Shown in pieces: positions 37,719 through 47,017 of a stretch of DNA of 64,000 nucleotides (positions are counted from its first letter, which is position 1; each line of letters starts with the position of its first letter). Source of the stretch: Kiritimatiellia bacterium. GTDB lineage: Bacteria > Verrucomicrobiota > Kiritimatiellia > CAIVKH01. The position numbers and the translations under genes are program-made. Location: positions 7,477 to 71,476 of the forward strand of contig JAMLJG010000005.1 of NCBI GenBank assembly GCA_023953695.1, in the 5' to 3' direction. The notes under the pieces are model-generated. The model saw only the letters and a list, made by a program, of their open reading frames with translations, was not told where the DNA came from and searched no databases.

Positions 37719-38549
37719 TCACCGCGTCGGCGCGCCAGGCCCGTGATCATCCGGCCCGGATGATGTGACAGCTGCGGGATGAATCCACCAACGGTTGTCC
37801 GCGATGGTGACGGCGAGGGGATGAGCATACACCTGCGTCAAGAGGTCGGAGCGCAGCACGTGTTCGCGTGAACCTTCAGCGGCGAGCCGCCCCTTTTCGA
37901 GGAGGGCAAGGCGCGTGCAGGTTTCGGCTGCGAGCGTCAGATCGTGTGTGGTCAGGATGACGACGAGCTGCTGTTCCCGCGCGAGATTGCCGACGAGGCG
38001 CATCAAGTTCCATGCGTGATGGAGGTCGAGGTGGGCGGTCGGCTCGTCCAGGAGAAGAACACGCGGCTGTTGCGCGAGGGCGAGGGCGAGGAGGGCGCGT
38101 TGTTGTTCGCCGGCGCTCAGGTCGTGAATGGAGGTGTTCGCTTTTGCACCCAATCCGACATCATCGAGCGCCTTGGCAATGGCCGTTTCGTCATCGTCGG
38201 AGAGGCGCGCCCATCCACTGGTGTAGGGGAGGCGGCCCATCGCCACGACATCGGCAACGGTGAACGGGACGGGAATGGTGACGCCCTGCGGGACAAATGC
38301 GATTTGCTTGGCACGCTCTCGCGGAGCGAAGCTCGAAAGCGGGCGCTCGCCGAGCAGCACGCGACCCGACCACGGCGCGTGGACGCCACTCAGGATTCGA
38401 AGCAGGGTGGTCTTGCCCGCGCCATTCGGTCCGAGCAGGCCCAGGACTTCGCCCGGTGTCGCCGTCAGCGAGATGTCGTGGAGGACTTCTGTCTTCCGAT
38501 AGCCGCCGGTCAGGCCCAGCGCGGAAAGGGGTGGCGTTGGCTCGTTCAT
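37719..38549 (-). CDS. Iron-siderophore/cobalamin ABC ATP-binding protein (FecE/BtuD-like)
   Basis: GPNGAGKT, VAMGR, LSAGEQQR, LLDEPTAHLD; real start taken as MNEPT (38549). Confidence 0.88.
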   Translation of the reverse strand: MNEPTPPLSALGLTGGYRKTEVLHDISLTATPGEVLGLLGPNGAGKTTLLRILSGVHAPWSGRVLLGERPLSSFAPRERAKQIAFVPQGVTIPVPFTVADVVAMGRLPYTSGWARLSDDDETAIAKALDDVGLGAKANTSIHDLSAGEQQRALLALALAQQPRVLLLDEPTAHLDLHHAWNLMRLVGNLAREQQLVVILTTHDLTLAAETCTRLALLEKGRLAAEGSREHVLRSDLLTQVYAHPLAVTIADNRWWIHPAAVTSSGPDDHGPGAPTR

Positions 38550-39544
38550 GGCGCGTGGCTCCACATTGCGCGTCGCTTCCGGCGCAGCAGGGCGAGGAAG
38601 AAGGGTGTTCCGATCAAGGCGGTGAAGATGCCTACGGGCACTTCGACGGGATAAAACAGGATGCGCCCGAGGCCATCCGTGATGGCGAGAAACGCTGCGC
38701 CCAGGGCCAGCGATGCGGGGATGAGACGGCGATGTTCCGGGCCGACCAAGCTCCGCGCGACGTGCGGAACAATGAGGCCCACAAAGGCGATCAAGCCACA
38801 TGCGCTGACGCTGCTGGATGCGACAAGGGTAGACAAGCCTAGCAGGATCAGCTTCTTGCGCTCCGCATGGAGACCGAGATGGGAAGCGAGGTCGTCGCCG
38901 AGGGTCAGGGCATCGAGCGCGCGCGCTTGCGCGGCGATGGCGAGGATTCCGACGGCATTGATCGCAGCCACCACAACGACGAGTTGTGGGTCGTTGACTT
39001 GTAGGTCGCCGAGGAACCACCATGAAACCGCATGCAATCCTTCCGCGCTTGAGCGCGAGACAAAGAACATCAGAATACTGCTGCAGAGCGCACCCCACGC
39101 CACACCGGCCAGAATCAGTGTGTGCGGAGCGGTGCGCGAATCAACGCGGGCGAGCAGATAGACGGCCAGCAGACTCAGAACCCCGCCCGCGAACCCGCCG
39201 AACGGAAGCAGAAAGGCTCCAAGCGCAAAGCCTCCCAGCGCGATTGCCGTTGCCGCGCCAACGCCAGCACCGGCGGAGATGCCGAGGATATAGGGTTCCG
39301 CGAGAGGGTTGCGAAGAATGGCCTGCAATACAACGCCCGCGGCGGCCAGCGAAGCGCCACAAACGGCGCCCAAGAGGACGCGCCAGAGACGGAGGGTCAA
39401 GATGCTGCGGGATTCGGGGGAAAATAGCAGCCACGGCTCGCGCCAGCCCGAACCGAGGAAGAGAGCGACGGCGAGGAGTAGCAGGCTCGCCCACAGAATA
39501 GCCGGCAATCTGGAGGTCGCTCGATTCATGAATGCCGCGATCAT
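38546..39544 (-). CDS. FecCD/BtuC-family ABC permease
   Basis: LQAILRNPLAEPYILGISAGA, IAFVGLIVPH, VPVGIFTALIG. Confidence 0.92.
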   Translation of the reverse strand: MIAAFMNRATSRLPAILWASLLLLAVALFLGSGWREPWLLFSPESRSILTLRLWRVLLGAVCGASLAAAGVVLQAILRNPLAEPYILGISAGAGVGAATAIALGGFALGAFLLPFGGFAGGVLSLLAVYLLARVDSRTAPHTLILAGVAWGALCSSILMFFVSRSSAEGLHAVSWWFLGDLQVNDPQLVVVVAAINAVGILAIAAQARALDALTLGDDLASHLGLHAERKKLILLGLSTLVASSSVSACGLIAFVGLIVPHVARSLVGPEHRRLIPASLALGAAFLAITDGLGRILFYPVEVPVGIFTALIGTPFFLALLRRKRRAMWSHAP

Positions 39545-39640
39545 ACAGACTTTGGCGATGGATGTGAGGGGAAATCGCGCGGAGCGCGGGAGGGGGCGCC
39601 CCGTTTGCGCCGCGTTTGTGGGGCAGTGGGAGGCGGCAAC

Positions 39641-39676
39641 TTCACGCGGCTGGGAGAAAAACCCCAGCCGCGTGAA
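39641..39676 (-). terminator. Strong hairpin downstream of the DUF2723 gene
   Basis: 14-bp perfect stem ttcacgcggctggg / cccagccgcgtgaa; weak U-tail. Confidence 0.6.
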
Positions 39677-39684
39677 GGCGGCGG

Positions 39685-42600
39685 CTAAAGGCCCGGAATA
39701 CTGAAGTTGATTGGGAGTTCGGCGCGCGATTGCGGCGCCGGAACGAGCGATTGAAATGCTGGCGCGCCTCGAACGGGATCAAAGCGCTGATCTTTTCGCG
39801 CCATATCGCGCACGGACTCGCCGCCCAATTCAATGGCCTTTCTGAGTGTCTGCACCGATTCATTGGTGCGCCGAAGTTGGGCCTGTACGGCGGCGAGATC
39901 GAACCAGATGCGCGGATTGGATGGCTCCTTTTGGAGATAGCGCTCCAAGGCGACGGCGAGAAGATCGCCGCGCTGTGTGGTGGAGTAGAGCTCGGCGACT
40001 TGGAGGATGACCGCGGGCGGGACATTCTCCTGCCGGAGGATGTTCATCGTGAGATTTTCGAAGAGCTGCATGATGTTCATCTGGCGATAGATGTTGGCCA
40101 ATTCCAGCGCTGTGTTGATGTCGGCGCCCGTTTGCATCTTGGGCTCGAGCTCGCGGCGTCGGTTGTCGAGGGATTCGAGTTGGCGGATTTGGTTCAGGAA
40201 TTCGGCCACGCGATCGTTGGCCGGGTCTTCTTTGAGGAACGCCTCAATCACTTCGCGCGCGCTGCTAAAGCGGAACTGTTGCATCTCAATATCCGCGAGG
40301 CGGAAATTGGCCTCGGGGCTGATCGGATAGAGTGCGATGGCTTGCTGAAAGGCGTGTTCAGACTCGTTGAACATGCGGCGATAGGCATAGAGTCCGGCGA
40401 TTGCGCTGCGCAGCTTGGAGAAGGTCTTGCGCGCGACCACATCGCGCAGGAATTTCGGATTGGCGAGGAGGCGCTTTGTGTACCAATCCCAGAACTCGGT
40501 GTCGTTCTTCACCATTTCGGGCGTGAGCCCGGGCACCGGTTCTTTGTTGATCTTCATGATCAAGCCGTGCGGGGTGAGGTAGGGATACATCCATGGGATG
40601 ACGTAGCTCTCTTCGACATAGAAGTCGTGTTTGCTCTTGTTGGCCTCGAAAATCATCTGGGCGAGAATCCCGTTGATGGCCATGACCCCCTGTACGCCCT
40701 GCACGCTGACACGACCGCCTTCGAAGGAGACATCTGCGCCCGCTTGAATGCGGCCCGCGCGGACATCTTCGACGTATTTTTGGAAGGCGAAATTGCTGTC
40801 CTGCTGCGAGGGGATCCAGATGGAGTCGCCGTAGAGGTCGCGCATGACGTTCATGTAGGTGTTGTCGGCCAGCGCGTTCTGCGTGATGAGGTAGACGTCG
40901 GAGCGGAAGTGCGCCGAGTAGATCATGTAGGTGGGGACGAATCGCCCGGGGTCGGTTCCACCGAAGAAGACTGCGTTGGTCGTCATGCGGGGAGGATATT
41001 CGGGATTGGGAAACGCGGCTCGCTCTTCCTCTGAAATTTCGGAGAGAATGGCGTTCGCCCCCTCCAGTTGCCAGGCGCCGAATTGCCATCCGAAATCGTG
41101 CCCATTCTGTTCGGCGCCGCCGACGAGCTGGATGAATTGTTTGTCGTATGCGTTCTTGAGGAGAGGCACCGATGGCAGCACGAGCGCCAGTGTGCAGAAG
41201 GCCGTCAAGAAGGCCCGGTTGCCATCCGCCCAGGAGTTGAGTCGGGCGATAAGGAAGAGGATGCCATAGCTGATCCAAATGGCCCAGATGGCGTGGGATT
41301 GAATGTATTGCACGCGGCCGATGAAGAGGGTTTGCACGTCCAGTTTGGGCCACTGGAAAATGAGGAAGATCACGGTGAGCGCGTGGAATGTGACGAAGCT
41401 GGTAATGATCCACCGCATGCCGCCGCCCAATTGGCTCTCTTCGAACCAGTGGTGGATTCGAATGAGGAAAAGGCAGATGGGAATCCCGCAGATCACGACG
41501 ATGAGCGGCGCGGGGATGGGGAATGCCAGCGTGAAAATTGCAACGCACAGAAGCGGCACGATGAAGAGCGCAAGGAATGCGCCAACCCAGAGCAGGGGCG
41601 CTTTTCCGCCCGCCTCGCCGGTGGGATTTCGCGCCCGCGCGTGGTTATTGAGGAACACCATGGGAATGGCGATCAGCGCGAGCAGGGCGAAGAGGGAAAT
41701 GCCCCAACTAAATTGTGCCACGACGGAGACGTAGCCGATGGGGTCCACAATCACGTCTTCCAGCATCTTGGCGAAATAGGCGGGGCGCGCAATGGCATCT
41801 CGGAAGTTGGCAGAAGGATCAATCTTCTCGTATTGCCCACGCGAGACGGCATGAACGAAACCCTCGGGGGTTCGCGGATAGCCCCAATTCATGGGCGGGT
41901 TTTGCTCGGACGCAAAGGGGAGATAGGCGTAGAACGAGAGGCCGAGTCCTGCCGCGATTGCCAGAATCGCAACGCGCTTCCACTCGGTCATCAGGCGACG
42001 CTCGATAAAAAACACCGCGATGGGCGCGGCGAGGAAAATGGCGCCGACAATCATCAGCATTTGCTTTTGTTGAATAGACTGAGGCTGTGTGACCACCCCC
42101 ATTCGATAGGCGAGGGCGAAGACGACTGCGGCGATCAGCCAGAGCGAGCCCGCGAGGCAATCGCGAAATAGCTCTCGGTCTCGCAAGGCAATGGCGGTAA
42201 GCAAGCCGGGCGCCATGAAGAGAAGCGCTTGGTGGTTCGTGAGGCCGAGGCCGAAAACAAAGGCGGTGATGTAGAGCGTCTTGTCCTCGTGCGGTCGGCA
42301 CATCCAGCGGTACATCAGCAGCATCGTAAGAGACATGAAAAATGCATTGAGGCCGTACACCTCAACAATGGTCGCCTGCGACCAGAGAACGGGGCTGAAG
42401 GCAAACAACAAGCCGCCGACGATTCCCGCCACGCCGCCGATGCCCCGCACCGCGCTCTTGCTGAGTTTCTCAACCGATTTGCCGAGCCCGCGCAGAATAT
42501 CCGCCCCTGATCGGCTGATGAGCTGCGCGAGCAGTGCAGCGGCCAGCGCGCTAAAAAAGCCTGAGCAGAGCCCGACCGACCAGGCGGGATTGGGATGGCC

Positions 42601-42978
42601 TTGGAATCCCTCGCCGACGAATACATCGTGGAGCGATCGCAGAACCAAGGTCACGTTCCCGTCCGGTTGACCGTAGTAGCGAACCCAATGGAATATCCAC
42701 TGGAAGAACCACGTGACGAGAGTCCAAATGGGATAGCCGGGCGGGTGGGGTACTCCGAGATAGTCAGAGCCGACGGCTAGTTCGCCGGAGTCTTCCAGTG
42801 TGACCGTGGGCGCATTGGTATAGAAATAGACGCCGAATGAGATGAGGAAGGTGATCCAAAACGCCCACCAATCCGCACGGCGAAAGAAGGGTGTGTTTGG
42901 AGTTTCGGCGCTGTCGCCGTCTACGGATTGAACCGTCTTGACTGCCGCCGCGATTTTTTCGTCAACACTTTTGGCCAT
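39685..42978 (-). CDS. DUF2723 (TMEM260-like, GT-C fold) membrane protein with C-terminal TPRs
   Basis: APTVTLEDSGEL, LGVPHPPGYP, WSQATIVEVY, GLGLTNH, PPMNWG; many TM helices; TPR-like C-terminus. Confidence 0.88.
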   Translation of the reverse strand: MAKSVDEKIAAAVKTVQSVDGDSAETPNTPFFRRADWWAFWITFLISFGVYFYTNAPTVTLEDSGELAVGSDYLGVPHPPGYPIWTLVTWFFQWIFHWVRYYGQPDGNVTLVLRSLHDVFVGEGFQGHPNPAWSVGLCSGFFSALAAALLAQLISRSGADILRGLGKSVEKLSKSAVRGIGGVAGIVGGLLFAFSPVLWSQATIVEVYGLNAFFMSLTMLLMYRWMCRPHEDKTLYITAFVFGLGLTNHQALLFMAPGLLTAIALRDRELFRDCLAGSLWLIAAVVFALAYRMGVVTQPQSIQQKQMLMIVGAIFLAAPIAVFFIERRLMTEWKRVAILAIAAGLGLSFYAYLPFASEQNPPMNWGYPRTPEGFVHAVSRGQYEKIDPSANFRDAIARPAYFAKMLEDVIVDPIGYVSVVAQFSWGISLFALLALIAIPMVFLNNHARARNPTGEAGGKAPLLWVGAFLALFIVPLLCVAIFTLAFPIPAPLIVVICGIPICLFLIRIHHWFEESQLGGGMRWIITSFVTFHALTVIFLIFQWPKLDVQTLFIGRVQYIQSHAIWAIWISYGILFLIARLNSWADGNRAFLTAFCTLALVLPSVPLLKNAYDKQFIQLVGGAEQNGHDFGWQFGAWQLEGANAILSEISEEERAAFPNPEYPPRMTTNAVFFGGTDPGRFVPTYMIYSAHFRSDVYLITQNALADNTYMNVMRDLYGDSIWIPSQQDSNFAFQKYVEDVRAGRIQAGADVSFEGGRVSVQGVQGVMAINGILAQMIFEANKSKHDFYVEESYVIPWMYPYLTPHGLIMKINKEPVPGLTPEMVKNDTEFWDWYTKRLLANPKFLRDVVARKTFSKLRSAIAGLYAYRRMFNESEHAFQQAIALYPISPEANFRLADIEMQQFRFSSAREVIEAFLKEDPANDRVAEFLNQIRQLESLDNRRRELEPKMQTGADINTALELANIYRQMNIMQLFENLTMNILRQENVPPAVILQVAELYSTTQRGDLLAVALERYLQKEPSNPRIWFDLAAVQAQLRRTNESVQTLRKAIELGGESVRDMARKDQRFDPVRGAPAFQSLVPAPQSRAELPINFSIPGL

Positions 42979-43141
42979 AATAGATTGCGTTACAAGGTTT
43001 TTGAGATGAAGTATACCGACACGAATCGAGAACCCTAGATTTTCGCGAATAGTGCGTCAAGTTTCATGCGCTCGCTGATCGCTGGGCTGTTTCGACAGCG
43101 CAGCCGCCGCCGCGTTGAAGGCTTTGTTGGCCGGGCGCGGA

Positions 43142-44164
43142 CTATTTTGCCGGAGTGGGAGCGGACTGGAGCAGTTGTAGGGCGGCGGCGCGCGATTCGG
43201 CGATGCGGCGGCTCGATTCGTTGAGCGCGGCGCGAACCTGTTCGAGGTCGGCTTTGATCTTCGGCAGTGCATCATCGTCCTTGGCGTTTCCGGAAAAGGC
43301 CGCAGCTTGCTCGTGGGCGGTGGCGAGTTGGGCCGTGAGGGCCTCCCCCGCGGTTCGGCAGTCGTTCAGCTCAGCCTGCAGGCTGGTTTTGAGGGACTCC
43401 CACTCAGTCTCGGCCGCTGCTTCGGCCTCGCCCCGCTTCTTCTTTGCGGAGTCGCGGGCCGATTTCAGGTCTTTCTCGAGCTTCTCATTTGCTTTGCGCA
43501 GCTTTTCCAGTTCCTTCGAGTCCGCCTTGGCCTGTTTGAGCTGTTCCTGCAACCCGTCTGCTGATGCGCGCGCCTCCATCAACTGATTGGTGGCTTCTCG
43601 ATATTGCAGATCAATGGCGACGAGTTGATTGGAGATCAGGGTGATTTGTTCGAGGAGTGCTCGGGCCTCGTTTTGAGCCGCTGCGAGTTCCGGCGCTTCA
43701 AGGCGCGCCTTCTGAACGGCCTCCATATCGGCTTCGAGCGAGACTTGCGTCTCCTTGATCTTCTGATTCTCTTCGCGGAGCGCTTCGTTCTCCACGCTGA
43801 GCTGCGCGATACGCTGTTGCGCCTCGGCCAAGGCCACATCGGCTGTGGCAGCGAGGGCATCGGCTGAGGGGCCGGATCCCGTGCGGCCTTTTACCGCCTC
43901 CAGTTGCGAGCGGCAGTAGGCGATGCGGTGCTGGATAACCGAAGCCTGCCAATTCGGGTCTTTCTGTGCAATGGCGCTGTAAAGATCGGCCGCTTCACCA
44001 TAGAGGCGCTGCGCGTCTGCAAACGCTTCGCGGTCGCGCGCGAGATCAGCCTGAATGGAGACCTTGTAGGCTTCTGCGATGTTTTCCTCCAGACCTTGCT
44101 GCGCCGAGGCGGAAGAGATTGCGATTCCGAGGAACAAGGCCAGAATAAAAAAGAGATTCTTCAC
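43142..44164 (-). CDS. Hypothetical secreted coiled-coil protein
   Basis: Signal peptide (NLFFILALFLGIAISSASA), TPR-like helix pair, long heptad repeats. The longer ORF-track start overlaps tRNA-Gly, so the start was trimmed. Confidence 0.7.
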   Translation of the reverse strand: MKNLFFILALFLGIAISSASAQQGLEENIAEAYKVSIQADLARDREAFADAQRLYGEAADLYSAIAQKDPNWQASVIQHRIAYCRSQLEAVKGRTGSGPSADALAATADVALAEAQQRIAQLSVENEALREENQKIKETQVSLEADMEAVQKARLEAPELAAAQNEARALLEQITLISNQLVAIDLQYREATNQLMEARASADGLQEQLKQAKADSKELEKLRKANEKLEKDLKSARDSAKKKRGEAEAAAETEWESLKTSLQAELNDCRTAGEALTAQLATAHEQAAAFSGNAKDDDALPKIKADLEQVRAALNESSRRIAESRAAALQLLQSAPTPAK

Positions 44165-44196
44165 GTCGGGAATCGAAGCCGCGTACGGCATAAAAG

Positions 44197-44271
44197 TGGA
44201 GCGGGAGATGGGATTTGAACCCACGACATTCACCTTGGCAAGGTGACGCTCTACCACTGAGCTACTCCCGC
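44197..44271 (-). tRNA. tRNA-Gly(GCC)
   Basis: GCGGGAGTAGCTCAGTGGTAGAGCGTCACCTTGCCAAGGTGAATGTCGTGGGTTCAAATCCCATCTCCCGCTCCA; cloverleaf with encoded CCA. Confidence 0.97.
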
Positions 44272-44420
44272 AATAAAGAAGCGCAAATCTAGCCCGCGCA
44301 CGGACTCACTTCAAGCGATTTTTCACCCGTTTTGATGTCATATATTGCCTCAAATGGAATGACGCTAAAAAGTCCGCCATTCGGGCAGACTTGGAAAGCG
44401 GACCGGATAGGAGCGAAAGT

Positions 44421-44858
44421 TCAGGCGCCTCCTCGCGCAGCCGCAAAGGCAATAACGATTGAGCCGATGGAAACCAATACAATGCCAAGCCACGCCAGCG
44501 GACTGGGTCGCTCTCCAAGAAATGCGAATGCAAATAAAGCAACCAACACGACGCTGAGCTTATCCAAGGGTGCGACCAGCGAGGCGGGGCCGGCTTGTAA
44601 TGCTCGGAAGTAGCAAACCCATGATGCGCCCGTTGCGATAGCAGAAAGAGCGAGAAAGACCAACGTGCGGGGTGGCAGAGAGAGTGGGTTGGACCACTTG
44701 CCCGTTAAGAGGACGAATGGACCGAGGAGCGCGAGCACAACAGTAGTGCGCAAAAGCGTAGCAAGATCACTGTCCACGTTTGCGACGCCAACTTTTGCAA
44801 AAATTGCGGTCAACGCGGCGAATCCAGCCGCGAGAAATGCCCAGAATGTCCAACTCAT
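44421..44858 (-). CDS. EamA/DMT family small transporter
   Basis: FAALTAIFAKVG, ATGASWVCYFRAL, VAPLDKLSVVLV. Confidence 0.9.
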   Translation of the reverse strand: MSWTFWAFLAAGFAALTAIFAKVGVANVDSDLATLLRTTVVLALLGPFVLLTGKWSNPLSLPPRTLVFLALSAIATGASWVCYFRALQAGPASLVAPLDKLSVVLVALFAFAFLGERPSPLAWLGIVLVSIGSIVIAFAAARGGA

Positions 44859-45204
44859 CGCAAGGAACCTCCAGATTGCCTGTCCCGCTGAAAGCCCATA
44901 CAGTCGGCCATCGCTTTCATGTGTGAATGTATCTCATGATAATATATGACCGGTCAATCGAGGGCCATCTGCGCGTGCGCTGGCGGCAGTGTGCCGAGGC
45001 TGGGGCGAGCGACAAGGCTGTGCCGCTTGGAGGCCACGAAATTGGGGAAGGGCTATCAACTTGTGATGAGAGAGAACGAGGGACCGGTGAGCGCGATTGA
45101 CGAGACTGTGATTCGCCGCCAGCCTACTTGATCACTCTCTATCGCCTGATTCTATCCAGTTTGGTTCGTATTCTGAAGAGATCGGGCCTGAGGGAAAGGG
45201 TTTC

Positions 45205-45380
45205 GCCGGAACGAGTGGCGGTGGTTTGAGCCCCCCCAACCTTTTGAGAAAGATTTCGCGGGACGGTGTGGGTAGGGCGCGTTGGCCCAACGCGCCGGAG
45301 CGGGTTCGGGTGTGAGCGAGGGGGTATTGCCGGGACGAGTGGCGGCGGTTTGAGCCAAACCGCCCTACCTTTTGGGAGAA
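45205..45380. repeat. GTAG-type REP-like palindromes in inverted doublet plus a degenerate direct copy
   Basis: ggtagggcgcgttggcccaacgcgcc (45271-45296) and ggcggtttgagccaaaccgccctacc (45344-45369; reverse complement ggtagggcggtttggctcaaaccgcc). 45205-45250 is a decayed copy of 45329-45380. Confidence 0.7.
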
Positions 45381-45471
45381 GGCATGAGCAGGTGGGGATG
45401 ATAGGCGGATGCTTGGAAGTGTGCGAGTCGGGCGCGAGAGGTGTTGGTCGTTAGATATTCAATATTGACGC

Positions 45472-46494
45472 GTGAGACGATGCGAGCGGGGCGAGCGAGG
45501 CCTGGCCGACCCGCAGGATGGCGAGGTTGCAGTGAACGGACTGACCGCCACGTTGCGTACGGTCGGCGGACAGACCATTTTCGCCGCCACGAGGAAGGTG
45601 TCCGTGGTTGCCCGAAACGCGGGGTATGATTATGATGCGAATGGAAACATGACCACGGACGGACAATTTGAATACGTCTGGGACAACGCCGACCGGCTCA
45701 AAGAAGTGCGCAAAGATGGGCAAGTCGTGATGACCTGCCGCTATGACGACACGCTCGGCGGTGCCGGTGGAATTGGTGGCATCCTGTCGTGCTCAACCTC
45801 CGCGACCTCTACGGTCTACTATCACTACGACGCCAATGGAAACGTCATCGCTTGCACGGATGCGGACGGCGCCCTCGTCTCACACCTCGAATACAGCCCC
45901 TTCGGCAAAGTGATGCTGAACTCCGGCTCCTATGTCCCGCGTTATCAGTTCTCTTCAAAGGAATTCGATGCCGCAGTCGGGCTGAATTATTACGGCTTCA
46001 GATACTACTCACCGCAGTTGGGAAGGTGGCTCAATAGGGATCCTGTCAGCGACGAATCATTCTTACGACTTCAGTTGGCCAACCCTGATTGGCAAGATAA
46101 GCGAAAAATCGAGAGACAGTTCCGGAATGCAGCTCTGAAACCGTTATACGTCTATGTAGAAAATCGCCCAATCTCTGAATTCGATCCATTCGGTCTGGAC
46201 AATTCAGGTGGTGGAGGTCAAAACGAACCAATTGATCCGACGTTTGGATGCTGGATCGATCCTCCCGAGAGAATTTGCGGGGCGGGAAATTCATTCCGAG
46301 AACGCTGCTGCCGATTCGGTGTAGAAATAATCATGCTTCTGGACCCAGGTGCCCACTGTCAGGGTTCCGCTACAGCATGTGAAGTATGCTGTGGTACAAA
46401 GCTCCTTGATGATCCTACTTTTAGTGAGAGCCACTTCGATCTATGCATTAATTCATGCGAACTGAAGCGAGTGGCATGCACGGGTGGGTTGTGA
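45472..46494 (+). pseudogene. Orphan Rhs fragment: RHS repeat-associated core plus Cys-rich C-terminal tip
   Basis: YDYDANGN, WDNADRL, GGAGGIGG, YSPFG, YQFSSKEFD..GLNYYGFRYYSPQLGRWLNRDP, PISEFDPFGL cleavage motif. No credible start or N-terminal Rhs body. Confidence 0.85.
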
Positions 46495-46784
46495 TGAGCA
46501 GGAAGGATTTGCTTGTCATGTTCGCCGGGTTCGCGATGGGTGCCGTGTTGGCCAGCGCAGTTATTGTGCAACAGTATGCAAAGTTTTCGCGGCTAGAACT
46601 AATTAATCTCTACTTGTCTGCCCTAAAACAGCAAGAAAATCAGTTGCGGCTGATTAGTATTGGCGATATCGGTGAAGCGACGCGACTTTCCGAGCGATGG
46701 CTCGCCCATTGTCGGTCTGCGGTTTCCAATCTCGGCGGGCGGGTCGACAGCGGGGGAATTGCGCCGAGCGGGGTCAGGCCGTAA
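46494..46784 (+). CDS. Candidate immunity protein for the Rhs tip (96 aa, N-terminal TM)
   Basis: TGATG overlap with the Rhs stop; MSRKDLLVMFAGFAMGAVLASAVIV anchor; the 3' end runs into a GGGGTCAGG motif. Confidence 0.6.
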   Translation: MSRKDLLVMFAGFAMGAVLASAVIVQQYAKFSRLELINLYLSALKQQENQLRLISIGDIGEATRLSERWLAHCRSAVSNLGGRVDSGGIAPSGVRP

Positions 46785-46818
46785 AGGCCGTTGAAAAACT
46801 CAGATAAACGATGAACAC

Positions 46819-46889
46819 GCTCGCAATGGGGTCAGGTCGCTCGCAATGGGGTCAGGTCTTGACATGCTACATTCCGTCGTGTTGAGATG
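46819..46889 (+). repeat. Tandem GCAATGGGGTCAGGTC motifs plus 47-bp unit, copy 1 (putative left end of a Y1-transposase element)
   Basis: gctcgcaatggggtcaggtc x2 (46819-46858). The 47-bp gcaatggggtcaggtcttgacatgctacattccgtcgtgttgagatg at 46843-46889 is identical to 47072-47118. Confidence 0.85.
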
Positions 46890-46894
46890 CGTTT

Positions 46895-47017
46895 ATGTCA
46901 CGACCGATACGGATCAATTTGGATGGTGTATGGTATCACGTCACCGCGAGGGGAATAGAGCGGCGCGCGATCTTTACCGGGGCAGCGGAATATTGTCACT
47001 TTCAAGATGTGGAATAG
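46895..47017 (+). pseudogene. N-terminal stub of a Y1 HUH (RAYT/IS200-like) transposase, 40 aa
   Basis: Manual translation MSRPIRINLDGVWYHVTARGIERRAIFTGAAEYCHFQDVE* matches the RAYT N-terminal pattern (R..R....G..YHVTARG..RRAIF). It stops where the inverted motif begins. Confidence 0.8.

Noticed and set aside
39545-39640. Cobalamin riboswitch upstream of the BtuC-like permease
   Set aside because: The region is too short and lacks the B12-box and GGGAA core elements.
44165-44257. N-terminal extension of ORF 43142-44257
   Set aside because: Overlaps tRNA-Gly; the signal peptide begins at GTG 44164.
44946-45131. 61-aa ORF in the accessory region
   Set aside because: No recognisable family or RBS; may be a fragment but cannot be supported.
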